NCBI GenBank assembly: GCA_964019425.1
Contig: OZ025790.1
Coordinates: forward strand, 124,001 to 188,000
Source of the DNA: Flectonema sp. DT1601
Lineage: Eukaryota
Length of the DNA: 64,000 nucleotides
Direction of reading: 5' to 3'
The notes under the pieces are model-generated. The model did not search any database. It was not told the origin of the DNA and saw nothing but the letters and a program-made list of their open reading frames with translations. Of the stretch, positions 25,034 to 38,405 are shown piece by piece (within the stretch, counting starts at the first letter, position 1; each line of letters begins with the position of its first letter). Both the position numbers and the translations under genes were made by a program.

Positions 25034-25793
25034 CAGTGAACAAATAATCACTTAACTTGTAAGTATCAATCTTGTAAGATCAAAGGAGGAGACAACAAAA
25101 AACTCGTTTTTTTTTCTTCTTTTTGTTGTTTGCAGCAAGAACAAACATTAAGCAAATAACTATTTAGACGTTTTCAAACTTCAAAAATCGCAAGAATAAA
25201 AATAAAAAATAAAAAAAGTACAAAAAAGAATTCAAATGTAAAAAGAGTGGATAAAATTGAAGGTTAAAAATATCTCACTTTATTTTTTTAATTTTTTTTT
25301 TTCCCGGTAAAAAATATTATTTGGTATAAAAATAAAAACAAATAAATAAAAACGAAAAGAGAATAGGGACAAGTAGTCACCACGTTCTGCCCTCTGGTCA
25401 CAGTTTTTTATTAGGAAAGATACCAGTGTAAGCAACCTAATTTTATTCTGTGACTAGTGCAGGGGTGAATTCTTGCGACTTTTCGTCGTACAAGTTTTAA
25501 TTTTCCACAAACTGGCAATTAGCCTACAGGAAAAATTAGAATGGGAAAAAAAAAAGAATCCTTTTTTTTTTTTTTTTTTTCCCCGTCACCCCTCCTCATC
25601 ACTTCTTTTTACTAGTTGTAATTTAACCAATATGTTTTTTTTCCGAAAACCGGCATAAAATAAAAAAATCACAGGAGAAAAGAACAAAAAAATAAAAAAT
25701 AAAAAAATAACAATTTGAGGAAAGAAAGATTTGACTAAAGGGAAATATTTCAAGGAAATATTAAACAAAAGAAGCTTCAGTCGTTACTTAGAA

Positions 25794-26669
25794 TCAAACA
25801 ACATAGCTGTATTGACGTTCACATGATATTCTTTGCGAAATCTGATCCCCGAAGTTAGAAACAGTGTAATATGGAAGAGCGTAAGGAATCTGCTGCAATG
25901 CAGTTGCTCCGTTTGCTAACACGTTCATCTGTGTGACCCACACAGAGTGCGTAACGACACCAATCTGCTGTGGAACAGCAGCAGGCTGAACAGAATGAAT
26001 AGCAGCTTGCTGCTGGATCGGCACAGTAGTAACAGCAGCAGCAGCAGCAGCAGGTAGAGAGAATCCATGAACTGGAGAGTCTCCATTAAAATCACCTCTT
26101 GGTGATGGTAGTGGGCTGTCCAAAGGAGAACATGGTAGTGAAGGCATACTCTCACAGTCATCCTCTGGCTCTGCCGGAGGTGTTGACAACATTTTCTTCA
26201 AGTAAGTTACCTTCTTGTGGACATCATCTTCAACCTTACCAAGTCTAACGTAGTTTACCACACGAAGTCCGTGAATCTTAGCTCTCTCCTCAAGGCTCTG
26301 CTTCTTGTAGTTAACGTGGTACTTAGTGCAAGCTCTGTCCCGGCAACCTTCAGGGGTACCGAATTCGTGACATTTCCAATCAGCACCAGTGAGTCCAACT
26401 CTGTGCTGTCTTTGGCACTCACGGCATCTCAGAGTGATGAATTGCTTCTCTGCTCTGACGTTATCCCAGTTGTTGTGCGAGCACTTTCTCTTGTTGTTGT
26501 TGTTGCTGCTGTTGTTGCTAACGGTGTTGTTACCGTTGTTGTTACCGTTGTTGTTACCGTTGTTGTTACCGTTGTTGTTAGCATTGGACTTGTTGCTTCC
26601 AGTGGAATGCTTCTTACTAACACGGTTAGCCTGACCTGCTGCCTTTGCGACTGGGGTTTGATGTGCCAT
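25794..26669 (-). CDS. HNxWDNVR/CCCH zinc-finger family protein, paralogue 2 (291 aa; Asn-rich N-terminus, A/Q/P-rich C-terminus)
   Basis: CSHNNWDNVR, TLRCRECQ, C-x8-C-x4-C-x3-H, KQSLEERAKIHG. (NNNG)x4 is encoded by a 12-bp minisatellite at ~26533-26580. Confidence 0.9.
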   Translation of the reverse strand: MAHQTPVAKAAGQANRVSKKHSTGSNKSNANNNGNNNGNNNGNNNGNNTVSNNSSNNNNKRKCSHNNWDNVRAEKQFITLRCRECQRQHRVGLTGADWKCHEFGTPEGCRDRACTKYHVNYKKQSLEERAKIHGLRVVNYVRLGKVEDDVHKKVTYLKKMLSTPPAEPEDDCESMPSLPCSPLDSPLPSPRGDFNGDSPVHGFSLPAAAAAAVTTVPIQQQAAIHSVQPAAVPQQIGVVTHSVWVTQMNVLANGATALQQIPYALPYYTVSNFGDQISQRISCERQYSYVV

Positions 26670-28988
26670 TGAGTTAAAGTGTTTTAAAAAAGAGTCTAGC
26701 GGGACTGAGGGGGGTAAACTGTTTGATTAGGTTCATACGAATGTAAATATCTGTGCATTCCCCCATGTAGCAATGGAGTAGAATCTACTTACTTAATTAT
26801 AATGTTCATAAAGAAAACATTCTTCTTGAGACTGAGGGGGGAAATTGTTTGATATTTAGATTATCTGAACATCAAAAAGGATAACTATAACATCTGCCAG
26901 ATACAGTGAACTATGGTGATAGTTTCGAGAGTAATCCATATACCCTTTTGAATGTAGGAACAACTCATTTCTTGCTGTTGTGACCTGATAAAATAAATAG
27001 ATCATTTACCACAATAACGACATTACTATAAATACAGCAGTGCTGCTACTACGATCATGAAGAAGCAAGAGGCTACTCGTAATCAGCTAGCATGGGAGAA
27101 AGAACGGAAGAAGAAAAAAACAATCGTTACTAAATTCGTAGTAAAAAAACAAACCTAAAAAATGATGCTTTGTTTTGTTTATTCACGAACTGTATGATTG
27201 CTTACCTTTTTTTTTTTTTTTTTGTTACTTTGAACCATTTTTTACTGTGAGCATTATAGAGTGCTGCGACAATATTAATTTATTTATTTTTGTTTAAGAA
27301 GAAGATATCCAACGACAACAATAAGATCTCTCGACCCTACTAAATCCTATCCTACAATTCAAACAAGAAGTACTTGACTAGATTTTTCAAAAAAAAAGGA
27401 AACGATCGGACTTGTAGGTTTTCCCTAAGAATTTATATTAAAAAATTAAAATATTTTTTTACAAGCACAGATGCAAGCAGAAATAAACCTACGAATAAGG
27501 CTGTCGTAGCAAACTAATTTGTTACACCACGTAACGTAAAAGAGCAAGAGGGGAGAGATGTTCAAAAGTAAATTTAGTTTTTTTTTTTTTTTTTGTTAAT
27601 AAGCAATTGGTATCACCGTCAATTTCCATAAATGAGTTTCGCTCGACAGCAGCAAGCATCAGCCACACTTCAATTAGACCAAAGAGTGGAAGGGGACGGG
27701 GGGTGGTGCAATCTGAGCAGCTAGGTATCATCATTGCTGACAGTCAAAAAAAAAAAAAAGAGGGGGGGGAAAACGAGGGAGGGACAGAGGCGCGGCCGAA
27801 AATAGAAGAACAATAAAAAGACAGTTTCCGTATCGCAGAACCAATAGAAAAATAAATTTAAAAAAAAAAAAAAAGACCTCAGAAAGCTGTTCTTCCAACC
27901 AAGATATAATTGTTTGCTCCGGTGTGGTTTTGGGTTTTGCATTTCATTTTCTGTATCATGTACAAGTTTTAGATTTGAAATATCATCTTGTTGAACTCAC
28001 CACACTTTAAGCCACAATCCAGTATAGAGACACCAATCGGACAGTGCCGAAATGCTACCACATGGATTATGGATGAACACCTCTACAGTCTAGAGACATA
28101 CATCTCTATTATGACAAAGTAGCCAGCAACATGTTTACCAAAAGAATACAAAGGTTTGATACAGTTAATAATAATTAATCGCATCATAGAGGGTTGACAG
28201 AATCGGCCTGACATGACAGGCTTCGGAGGAAGAAGAGACAAAAGTTCATAATCTTTTTATAGACAATCCAAGTCTTGATAAACGTAACCAGCAAGCGCGC
28301 TTTTTTAAAAAAAAAAAAAATAAAATAAAAAGTATAGATCCCAGGCATCAAAGCGCAGTGAAACATCACGGCAATAGCAAAGACCGGAAAAGAAGGTTTG
28401 ACATTATAGTAGTTAATTAATTGAGTGCGATGTTACCAACAAAAAGAAAGTTAGTTAGAATACGAATTCATTATAAGATAGTGCACTAAATCAAAAAATA
28501 TAAAAAAAAATAAAATGAAAAAACGTTAATTCGTTAGCGAGTCCAACAATGCTGCCGAACACTAGTTGAAAGGAAGCTCGAACCGAAAAAGAAAACGAAA
28601 GAAAGTGGCAGCTTTACAATATTAACCAATTGCTGAAAAGTGTTTAAAATTTTGCGTGAGTTCGAACTGCGAAAAAATTAAGTATCTGATTTTTGACGCA
28701 TTCACTATTTCTAGTTTACGAATAGTGATCCCCAGTGAGACACCACTGCTGCGTACTAATAGAATATCGGATATCGGGAATTGAAAAGATCGAATTGAAA
28801 AAAATATAAAATACGAAGTCGGTACCAGCAACAGAGTCAAGTGACACTGATTTTGAACATTTTTTAGCAGTTGATTAATATAATCATCTGACTACTGTAC
28901 TCCCAGAAAAAAAGAAATTTATTTGCAAGGACAAAAAACCAAGCCTCTCGTGTTTACGATTTTTTTTTCTTTTTTTTCTTTTTTTCAG

Positions 28989-29023
<35 letters not shown>

Positions 29024-30178
29024 GATGCCACGAGGAGTATAAATAAACGCTTATAAAGCTATGAATTTACACACGTGAATATGAAAGAAGAAGCGAGACA
29101 GTAGACAGGTTTATAACATAAATAATTATAACACGACAGTGCACAAGTATATTGAGGTTTGCAGAATACCCCTCTAGACTTGGTACAAGAGGAGAGGGTT
29201 TTTTTCGTAACCTCACTCATAACAATATTTAAAAAAAAATAAAAAAAGAATTGCGAATAATAATAAGATAAATATATCGGAGGTGGTCCAAAGGTTCTAC
29301 AGTACAATTAGGTCATTTCAGCACAGTGAGGAACACTTTGAGTGTGACCAGAATCAACAGCCTGAAGGAGTCCAAAATTGCCTGAGTACCAAGTTTTGTT
29401 AACAGAAAAGCTGATGTTCAAGCGCTTATATAGGATTTTTTTTTTTAAACAAACATTTGTGTCTTCATTTCAAATTCAGGGTTTAAAAAAAATAAAAGAT
29501 TTAAAAAAAAAAAAAAAACACAATCATGACAGCTTGCAGAGTTCTGCCGGGCTCTGAGGCCACTTCTAAACCAAGTCACACGGTTTCAATAGTGACCGCC
29601 ACGTAATAATTTCCCACAAAAAAAAAAAAAAAAAAAACACAACACGAATCATAATAACACGATAATGAAAAGAGGGGGAAAAAACTCAAACCGCAGCGAT
29701 CCCTTCCCAGCGAAATAATGGGATACGCGGAAGGATAACTAGATACCGTTAAATCGATGATAAATTTGGAAAAACGAAACAAGACTATCAGTTGCATGGG
29801 AGAAGTTAAGGAACTGAATACAATAACAAAACAAAACAAATAATTGACAACAACAGCATCTAATAGAAATTTTCTTTTTTTTTTTTTAGAACCGTAGCTT
29901 TTTTTTTTTTTTTTGTGTCAACAATATAATTTTTGTTTTTCTTTCGAATAAAAACAAATATAAAAAAAATAAAAAGATCGATAAAAAAAATTTTGATATA
30001 TTCGATCCAATAAAAGAGTTTTTCACTATTTCCAGCAATCAAAGAGGAAATTTTTTACCCTCCGGCATTGGGATTGCGATCGGATCTAATATAAGTTGGA
30101 CAAAGGGATAAAATAAAAGGTAATAATATTTTTTTGAAAATAATTTTCCTGGTCAGAAGAGATACGTTGCAACAACGA

Positions 30179-30216
<38 letters not shown>

Positions 30217-30646
30217 CAAACAAAAAAATTTTTATAAAAAAAAAAAAAAAAAAAGTGATTGTGAACCAAAAAAGAAGAGGAGGAGGGAAAACAATAGAAG
30301 CACAAGATGATTACCAAGGTCAATGTAGAAGAGAGAAAAAACAGAATCCTAACACGGTTCCGTGCTAAGACGGAAATAGTTCTTATTCGTAGTGACTTGA
30401 CCCCACAAGTTATAGTAAAGTTCATTTCTCCTCTCTTCTCTAATATATTTGTAGTTGTTGTTTTTTTTTATTGTCAACAGCAAGCGCGCCGATGGGAAAA
30501 CAAAAAACAAAGCTGGCTCAGTGGCTGAAAGAAAACAAAAAACTGCCTTAGAGTTTGCTTGTTGTTTTTTTTTTTTTTTTGTCGTTAATGGCGCTGGAGC
30601 TATTTTTTTAAAAAAATAAAAACAACGAAAAGAGAATTTGACCATT

Positions 30647-31144
30647 TTAGTGGTCGCTTACAGATCCGTTTGACGATGCACTGACGCTATCATCAGTGAG
30701 TGACGCTAGCGATGAGGACTGGCTTTGAATATCATTCTTCTTTTGGGATCTTTTAAACTCATACGCCCCGCACTCATTCAATGCCATTAATATCTTTAGT
30801 GGAGAAGCTCTGGGTTCAACAAGCTTTACTCCGTGGATCTTAATCCTCTCTTCGAGACTTTGCTTTCTCTGATTAACATGAGGCCTTTTACATCCTTCTG
30901 TGGGACACTCTCCGATACTGAAATCCTCACATTTCCAGCTCTTTGTGAGAGGAACTTTTTTCTGACATTGGCACACTCTACACCTCAGGGTTATTACCTT
31001 CACAGATCTTTTCTCAATTCGAACATTGTCCCAGTCGTTGTGATCACATTTTCTTTGTCCTCTTCTACGTCTCACTACCTTCTTCCCTTCAGAAGCTTCA
31101 GCACAATGCTGGTTAGGACTTGTTTTAACACTAAGACCAGTCAT
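30647..31144 (-). CDS. HNxWDNVR/CCCH zinc-finger family protein, paralogue 3 (165 aa)
   Basis: CDHNDWDNVR, TLRCRVCQ, C-x7-C-x4-C-x3-H, KQSLEERIKIHG. A basic stretch KKVVRRRRGQRK precedes the domain. Confidence 0.85.
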   Translation of the reverse strand: MTGLSVKTSPNQHCAEASEGKKVVRRRRGQRKCDHNDWDNVRIEKRSVKVITLRCRVCQCQKKVPLTKSWKCEDFSIGECPTEGCKRPHVNQRKQSLEERIKIHGVKLVEPRASPLKILMALNECGAYEFKRSQKKNDIQSQSSSLASLTDDSVSASSNGSVSDH

Positions 31145-34100
31145 GTTGTTAGGAAGCGATAAAAGCTGTGAGGGAAATTATTTAAAATACTAATTGTACT
31201 TTATAACGTAAGGCTGTCTCTAACCATCATGACGTTTCGAATTGGTGGCTTCGACTACTTCGTTGATGAGGTACGCCCTGTTGGTATCCTTTACCTCTAT
31301 TCTCTCATCATTATGGCGATGGCTGTTGGAAAGATGAAATATAAATTAATTTTCAAACTTACGAGAGAAACTTAAATTAACCTCCATTAACCGGTGATTA
31401 GTTACACCGGAAAAGACAACATGCAGACCAAACATGAAAAACCTCTCATATTTCTTGCAGAAAATTAAATTGCCCAACACATGCGGATTGTGGTACCAAA
31501 AAAAGAGAAATCTCGCCTGACAATTTGTGACGAGATATTTCCAACTATATACAAGAGTGAATTAAAAAGTGAAGGGGAAAAAAAAACACAATTTGGCATC
31601 GTGTTTGAAATCCCCGTTGGATTTTGGAGTTTTTTTTTTTTTTTTTGTTCTTTTTTGATCCAAAAAATCCACATGGAGGAAGCAATTTAAGTCAACCAGA
31701 TAAACAACCCAACATGGTTCGGTCGAGGTGTGCTGCTAAAAGTAAATGTACTGAAGCAGAAAATTTGGTATACTACGCTGGAGAGAGGAAAAAAAAAAAA
31801 AAAAAAAAAGGACAAAAAAAAAAAAAGAAAAAAAAAGGGGGATTTTAAAAAAAAAAAAAAATGAAAATAAAATAAAATAAAAGGAGAAAAGAACAGAGGC
31901 GCAAAACACAATTTCCCTCGTCGCTTACAAAACCAAATTCCCAACAGTGGTGAATGGGATGATGACATGTGAACGATGATCATTGTGAATGCTATTATTT
32001 GAAATACTTCACCTCTCCAGGTGGTATAATGGACATACACGTACTGCAGTCCTCCAATCACAAATCTCGAAAAAAGTCACCTCTCTGTGTGTTATTAGAG
32101 GTAAAGAATAACGACACGACGAATACCTGATGATAGTGTCGAGCCTTGAACCAACGTCTTGTCTGTATCAGTCACGAATTGTATATCTTAGAAGATTGGT
32201 TAACAATTAAATTGCCTAAATTTATTTCATCAATCGCCCTGACCATTTCAAGGAATGAAAAAGTACTAGAAAAAGGCAATTTAGTGGAGTGTCATTACAC
32301 AAATCAAATAAAACAATTAAAATTAAAAACTGATGATCAGGTGTGCAGAAGATGAAAAAAGAGGCGAATTGGTTTTTCTCTCTCATTAAAAACAAAGTCA
32401 AAGCCTTTTATGTTTTTTTTTTTTTAAAAAAACTCAGGCGAGAATCACAATGAGAGTTTATTGTCTGTCTACCTTCCTTTTTATTATTATTATTTTATTT
32501 TTTTTTTTTTTAAACAAACAAAAAAAAAAAAAAAACGAGCATAACGTAAAACGAAGGACAAGCAAAAAAAAACTACTAAAACAGGGGATTCTATCACATA
32601 GTAGTAGTTTTTTTTTTTTTTTTTAATTTTTTTTTTTTTTTTTCCTAATAGAGCTGCGACAATCGAAAAACAGCTACTTTTGCTTGATTTTTTTTTTTTT
32701 TTTTTTTTTTTTTCCTAATTCGACATACATTAACTGAAAACAATAACTAATAACTAACATCGTCATCGTTTTTTTTTTTTTTTAAAAAAACAAATACCAA
32801 AAGAGGGTGGCAGTGGTCCTAGAATGCAACCCACCAAATACGTGGATAATCCTTACTTTTTGTAAGGCAACGGTATTTTTTTTTTTTTTTTTAAATTATG
32901 AAAATCCTTAGATGACTTTTTCCTCTGTATTGGATTTTTATTTTTTCTCAAAAAAAAAGGGATTTTCGCTGGGAAAAAGAATAAAAAAACAAAAAATAAA
33001 AAATAAAACAAAAAAAAAAAGGAAACAACAAGATGCAAATAACCCTTTTCCCCAAGCAAACAGGTGCAAATTACAATGCAGCCGTCAACCTGGAAAGGTG
33101 GGTTTACAAATCGTATAAAGTGAGTAAGCGCATGAAGGTTTTGTTACTTGTGCAAAGGCAGAACCTAGCTCTGTACCACAGCAAGGGAAGTTGTGAAAAA
33201 AATAAAAATGGCTGGGGGTGAGACAGTGCCTCACCAATTGCCGAGAGGACTTCAAATCAAAGAATACGTTTGGCTAACATTATTAATAATTGTAGGTCAG
33301 CTTGCGGATACGCCAATTTTCATTAAAATGTAGCTAATGAGCGACAAGAACCTGAAAATTGGAATCACATGGTGGCCTGAACACAAATGAAAACCAAAAA
33401 AAAAAAAAAAAAAAAAAAAAAAAACATCAAAAAGAAATTTAAAATAAAAGAACATGCTACAGCCAACAATTTCTACATTCCCATGAGGAGCGCAGAAGAA
33501 GTCTATGCAAGAGGAGTTTTTAAACCACAAATCGTAACCACTATTTAACAATAGACTTGCAAGAGTCTTTTTTTTTTTTTTTTTTTTTCTCCCACCATTG
33601 CCAAAGAGAAATAAAACAATGCAGCAGAGCAGGCATATAATTTCCACTTTAGACACGCCACCACCTCGAAGAAAGGAAGCTTTTGGCAACCTTTCACATT
33701 CTGAGACGGGAGAAGGTAGGAAGGAAAAAAAAAAAAGGGGGAAAAAAAAAGTTTTTGTTTGTAAAATACTAAATATAATATAAAAAAAAAAGAACGAAAA
33801 GAAATTCATCACGTGAAATCACCAGTGCATCCACTGCTAATTTTGGTTAGTTTTTTTATTTTTTTTATAAAAAAATAATAAAAAAACAAGGCTTGCTGCT
33901 TCACCAAGGAAGTACCGTTGAGTGACTGCTAACCAGGCATTTGGTTGAGTGAAAAAAAAGTGAACCGACACATAAAAACGATAAAATAATTTTAAAAAAA
34001 AAAAAAAAAGCCAACGAACTTTAGTCAACACCAATACAAGACTTTCATCAACGATAAAAAACGTAGTTATAATTACATGGTATTCTCAAAAACAACCAAA

Positions 34101-34613
34101 AACAAATCGAAAATCGGGATACAACAACAAAGTTGTTCGAAAACAGGCAAAAAAAAAAAAAAAAAAATAAGTTTTTTTTTTTTACGCAATCAACGAGAGA
34201 GGCAAGAGTTTCGCAACTTTCTTTGTTGAAAACGTTGCAATTTTTTTACACCACCTTGGATAGAGTAAACCTTGTAAGACACACGGATTTTCTAAAAACA
34301 AGCAGCCAGTCCAATTATTTCACTCCATGCTCCAGAGAACCACTCAAGTCTCCGTGCAAGACTGTACATTCAACGAATTAATTGGGGGAAAGTAAAAAAG
34401 ACAATATGAAATCTAAATAGATACGTTGAGTTAACTATTTTCAGATCCCATAAACGTCTCCGAGGCAGGGCTGTTTTTCATATAAATGGTTGACCTGACC
34501 ACATAATAAGCACTGGTTGAACTTATCTTATTTTCTTGCACACGATCTAACTAAGGAAAGAACCACTCTCATTCAGCAGTTTATTTACAATATAACAGGG
34601 AATCTTTTTGTGC

Positions 34614-35108
34614 TCATTGATATCACAACAGTGAATAGTGTCTGTGATTGTAATCACTTGGGGGAAGTAAGAGACACTCTGAATTCTGAAATCAGACCAC
34701 CAACTCAAAAAGTATCTAATAGATAAGTAGAGTAAGTTATGAGCACTGACTGAACCATCATTTCGCAATCCCATTCTCAACTCACTCAAAGTCTTTTGTA
34801 TTCATTGATACACCATAACAGTGAATAGTGTCTGTGATTGTAATCACTTGGGGGAAGTAAGAGACACTCTGAAATCTGAAATCAGACTACCAACTCAAAA
34901 AGTATCTAATAGATAAGTAGAGTAAGTTATGAGCACTGACTGAACCATCATTTCGCAATCTCATTCTCAACTCACTCAAAGTCTTTTGTATTCATTGATA
35001 CACCATAACAGTGAATAGTGTCTGTGATTGTAATCACTTGGGGGAAGTAAGAGACACTCTGAATTCTGAAATCAGACTACCAACTCAAAAAGTATCTAAT
35101 AGATAAGT
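34614..35108. repeat. Tandem repeat, 190-bp period, about 2.6 copies
   Basis: GTGAATAGTGTCTGTGATTG recurs at 34631, 34821 and 35011. Units differ by only a few substitutions. Confidence 0.95.
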
Positions 35109-37331
35109 TGAGAACGGTAATCCAAGAAGCCAACTCAAGTGTTAAGAAAAAAAAAAAAGGAATATATAAAAAAAAAAGAGAAAAAAACATAAAAGAACTT
35201 AATTTTTTTTTTTTTTCCAATAATAACTGAAGAATAAAAATAACAGCCTCGAAAACACAATAAAGAAAAAGCCTTTAAAGTGAGAAAAGCAAAAGCTATC
35301 AAAAAAGAAAAAAATATATGGAAAGGCACTGACGTAGAACTGTAGATGCAGAAAAATACGAACCTTCCGATAAATTCCACAACTTATGTGACTACACGAC
35401 TAAACTAAAAACAGGCTTACTCCAAGACTAAGAACCCTTAGAGACTTAACTTTCTTTCTGCTATACACAAGAAAGAACAAACACAAAAGACAAAGACCAA
35501 CTGCAAAAAAATAAAAAATAAAAAATAAAAAACACAAAAGAGCCTACAATGATGACAATAATGTTAAAATCGTAAAAAACTCTTTATTTTTTTTTTTTAT
35601 TTTTTTTTTTTTCTTCCCTGTTGCAGCAGCTCTCACAGATTTTCTGCTTTTTTTTTTTTTTTTTTTCTCGTTTCATGTTTTTTTTTTTCTCAACGGTTTG
35701 TTAGCTGAAGCAAATTATGACTTTTTTTCGAACGCAAATAGGAATCCTACAGAATAAGAATCCAACGTGATAAAAAAAAGCACGAAGAAAAAGAAAAAGG
35801 AATCTGGGAAACGACAAAAGAGTCTAAAAACTGTTTTCTTGGTTTATGTTGCGAAAACCGAAAAACAAACTTACAAAGGAAAGTTTATGGGATACGCCTA
35901 CCACACAGTTTTCTTTTGTGTTCCCTTTATTTATTTATTTACTTATTTTCTTTCACTTGTAATACTGACATAAAGAGAACAGAAAAAAAAATAAAAGACT
36001 AATCAACAATAACAAAAATAGGTAAGAAGAAAATTTTTTTAAAAAAAAAAATAAAAAATAAAAAATATATATTAAATAACGAGCTCGAACACGTAACGTA
36101 GGTGGAAGAGAGGCCACACAAGAAGCAATCCTTCAAAGTGACAGAGTGAGGGAAAGAAAAGACTTATAAAAATCGTCAACAAACCAGCTCAAACAACAAC
36201 AAGTAGAACAGCAATAGATGGACCACTACAACCTTCAACTGCACATATGGTTCAGTCACCAAGATGTGCCGATGAAGACTGCTGCTCGAGCAGACGCTGT
36301 CAGGGTTAAAAAAAATGCCAAAGTAAATAAAGACAGCATCTTTATAACATTATAGGCACTTCTTCCATGACAGAGAAATTGGTTTAAGGTTGACTTTTTT
36401 TTTTTTTTTTTTTTTTAAAACAAATTATATCAATAATTAAAAAAAAATAAAATAAAATAAAAAGAAAAGAAAAATCCAAGAACACGCATTTAGCCTTGGG
36501 AAACGAAAGATTTCTGCTGTCTGAAGAAAAAAAAAAAAAAAAAGCCATTATATTAGCTTTTTAAATTCTATTGTGGTGGCATTGTACAATGCATGTCTGG
36601 TGCTATTTATGAGTCAGTTACAACGACAACGTTGCTAGAGACAATTGGTTATCAAGGGTAGGATTCCCTCAAGGCATGAACCCAGTAATCTGATGTTGAA
36701 AAATAAGAAGTGAAAAGAGGCAAAGCGAATCACTGGTAACCTCATCTCAACGGAAAATAACACTAACCAAGTGGTTAGTTTTTTCCGCTGAAAAAAAAAA
36801 ACGACGAAAATAACCATGTGATTCATACGTCAGTTCACCAACAACAATAACAACAATATTCAAACTTAGGGTGAACATACCCTGTGGTAGATGCGTAGGG
36901 TGGATTTATTATTATTATCATTATCTGTTTTTTTTTTCCTTTTGCATTCCATTCCCTACGAAAGAAAATTACCACAATGAAGAACAAAAATAAAAATAAA
37001 ATAAAAAAAAACCTACCACAGAACCAATAATAGTCACTTTTAACAACAAAAGCACTTTGAGGATAATCAGCAAGACAGCAAAGAGTCAACCGGGGGTCAT
37101 TCAGATATAAAGACAATGCTCTGGCTTAACTTGCTCAAGCAGATTTTCAGCAAATTGTTCAGAACGGGAATTATGGAAAAAGACAATCCCTTTGGTGGTT
37201 GTAGCCAACAAGAAATGTTGACTAACGAAGAAAAGAAAAAAAAAAAAAAAAAATAAGCAAAAAGAAATCTCAAATACATCAGTTCTACCGACTAGCATAA
37301 TAATATTATGCTATTCATTTTTTTTTTTTTT

Positions 37332-37372
<41 letters not shown>

Positions 37373-38357
37373 CCATGACAATTATCAAAATAACGTCGTC
37401 AGGATCTTGGCAAAAAAAAAAAAAAAAAAAGAAAGGGGGAAAAAAAAAACTGATCAGAGAATCAGATGGCTTTTCTTTACCTAAGTTGAATATTACGATA
37501 AAGGTAAGCAACCTACCTACACAACTCGTGAGGCTCAACAAACAAAAAGGGGAAAAGTAAAATTGAACAGAAAATCACCTTCTAAAAAACACACACACAC
37601 CATTCGAGTAAGACGAAAAACATCAACGTTTCTTTCTTTTTTTTTTTTTTTTTTTCACTTTTTTAAGAGAAGGTAAATTATACCATCCCATTCTCAAAAA
37701 AGACAACATGTTTGCTTTTTTATTTTTGTTTTTTTTTTTTTTTTTGAAATAGCTGTATCTATCACACGTGTGTAGTCACTTTTTGTTAACCCAAGAAATA
37801 CACCTCTTCAAGGTGTCTACAAATATTAATTAGATCAGGGAGACTCCTCCCATATCAATGTCTTGTTACGTAGACACGAGAATTGTCGCTATTGCAACAG
37901 AGGGAAGCAGGGGAAAACAACTTTTTTTAAAAAAAAAGGAAGAAAAAAAAAATCGGGAGAGGAGACAAACAGAGAGAATTTTAAAAAAAAAAACAATAAA
38001 AAAAAAATAGTAGTAGTCCAGATTCTCTATTGAATTCAACAAAGAAAGTCCACACGGTCAAATCCACATGTGGCATTTTTTTTTTTTTTAAAAAGTTTTT
38101 CAAGCCTAATTTATAGACTAAATAGACGAAACGAGGTGTATTTTTTTTTTTTTTTTTCCTTAGCATTCTAAAAGAAAATACTCGTTTTAAAAAAAAAAAG
38201 ACTTTCTCGTAGTAGTGCTCTACCTAATAAAAATTAGGCAAATTTTTGCTGCTGGTGGCTTGATTATGTGAGAAATAATAGAGAAATAACAGTCATTCCA
38301 AGTAAAAAAAATTATTCTTTTAATAATTTTGGTACTTTTTTTTAATCAAAATCCCTC

Positions 38358-38405
38358 TTTCTGTGACTTTAGTTTTTTGATACTAAAAAACTAAAGTCAC
38401 AGAAA
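38358..38405. repeat. Perfect 21-bp inverted repeat with 6-nt loop
   Basis: TTTCTGTGACTTTAGTTTTTT-gatact-AAAAAACTAAAGTCACAGAAA. Confidence 0.9.

Noticed and set aside
26217..26672. Plus-strand ORFs with VVT and poly-L repeats
   Set aside because: They are antisense shadows of the Asn-rich repeat in paralogue 2.
34614..35108. CRISPR-like array
   Set aside because: The units are 190-bp contiguous duplicates with no unique spacers, there are no cas genes, and the context is eukaryotic.
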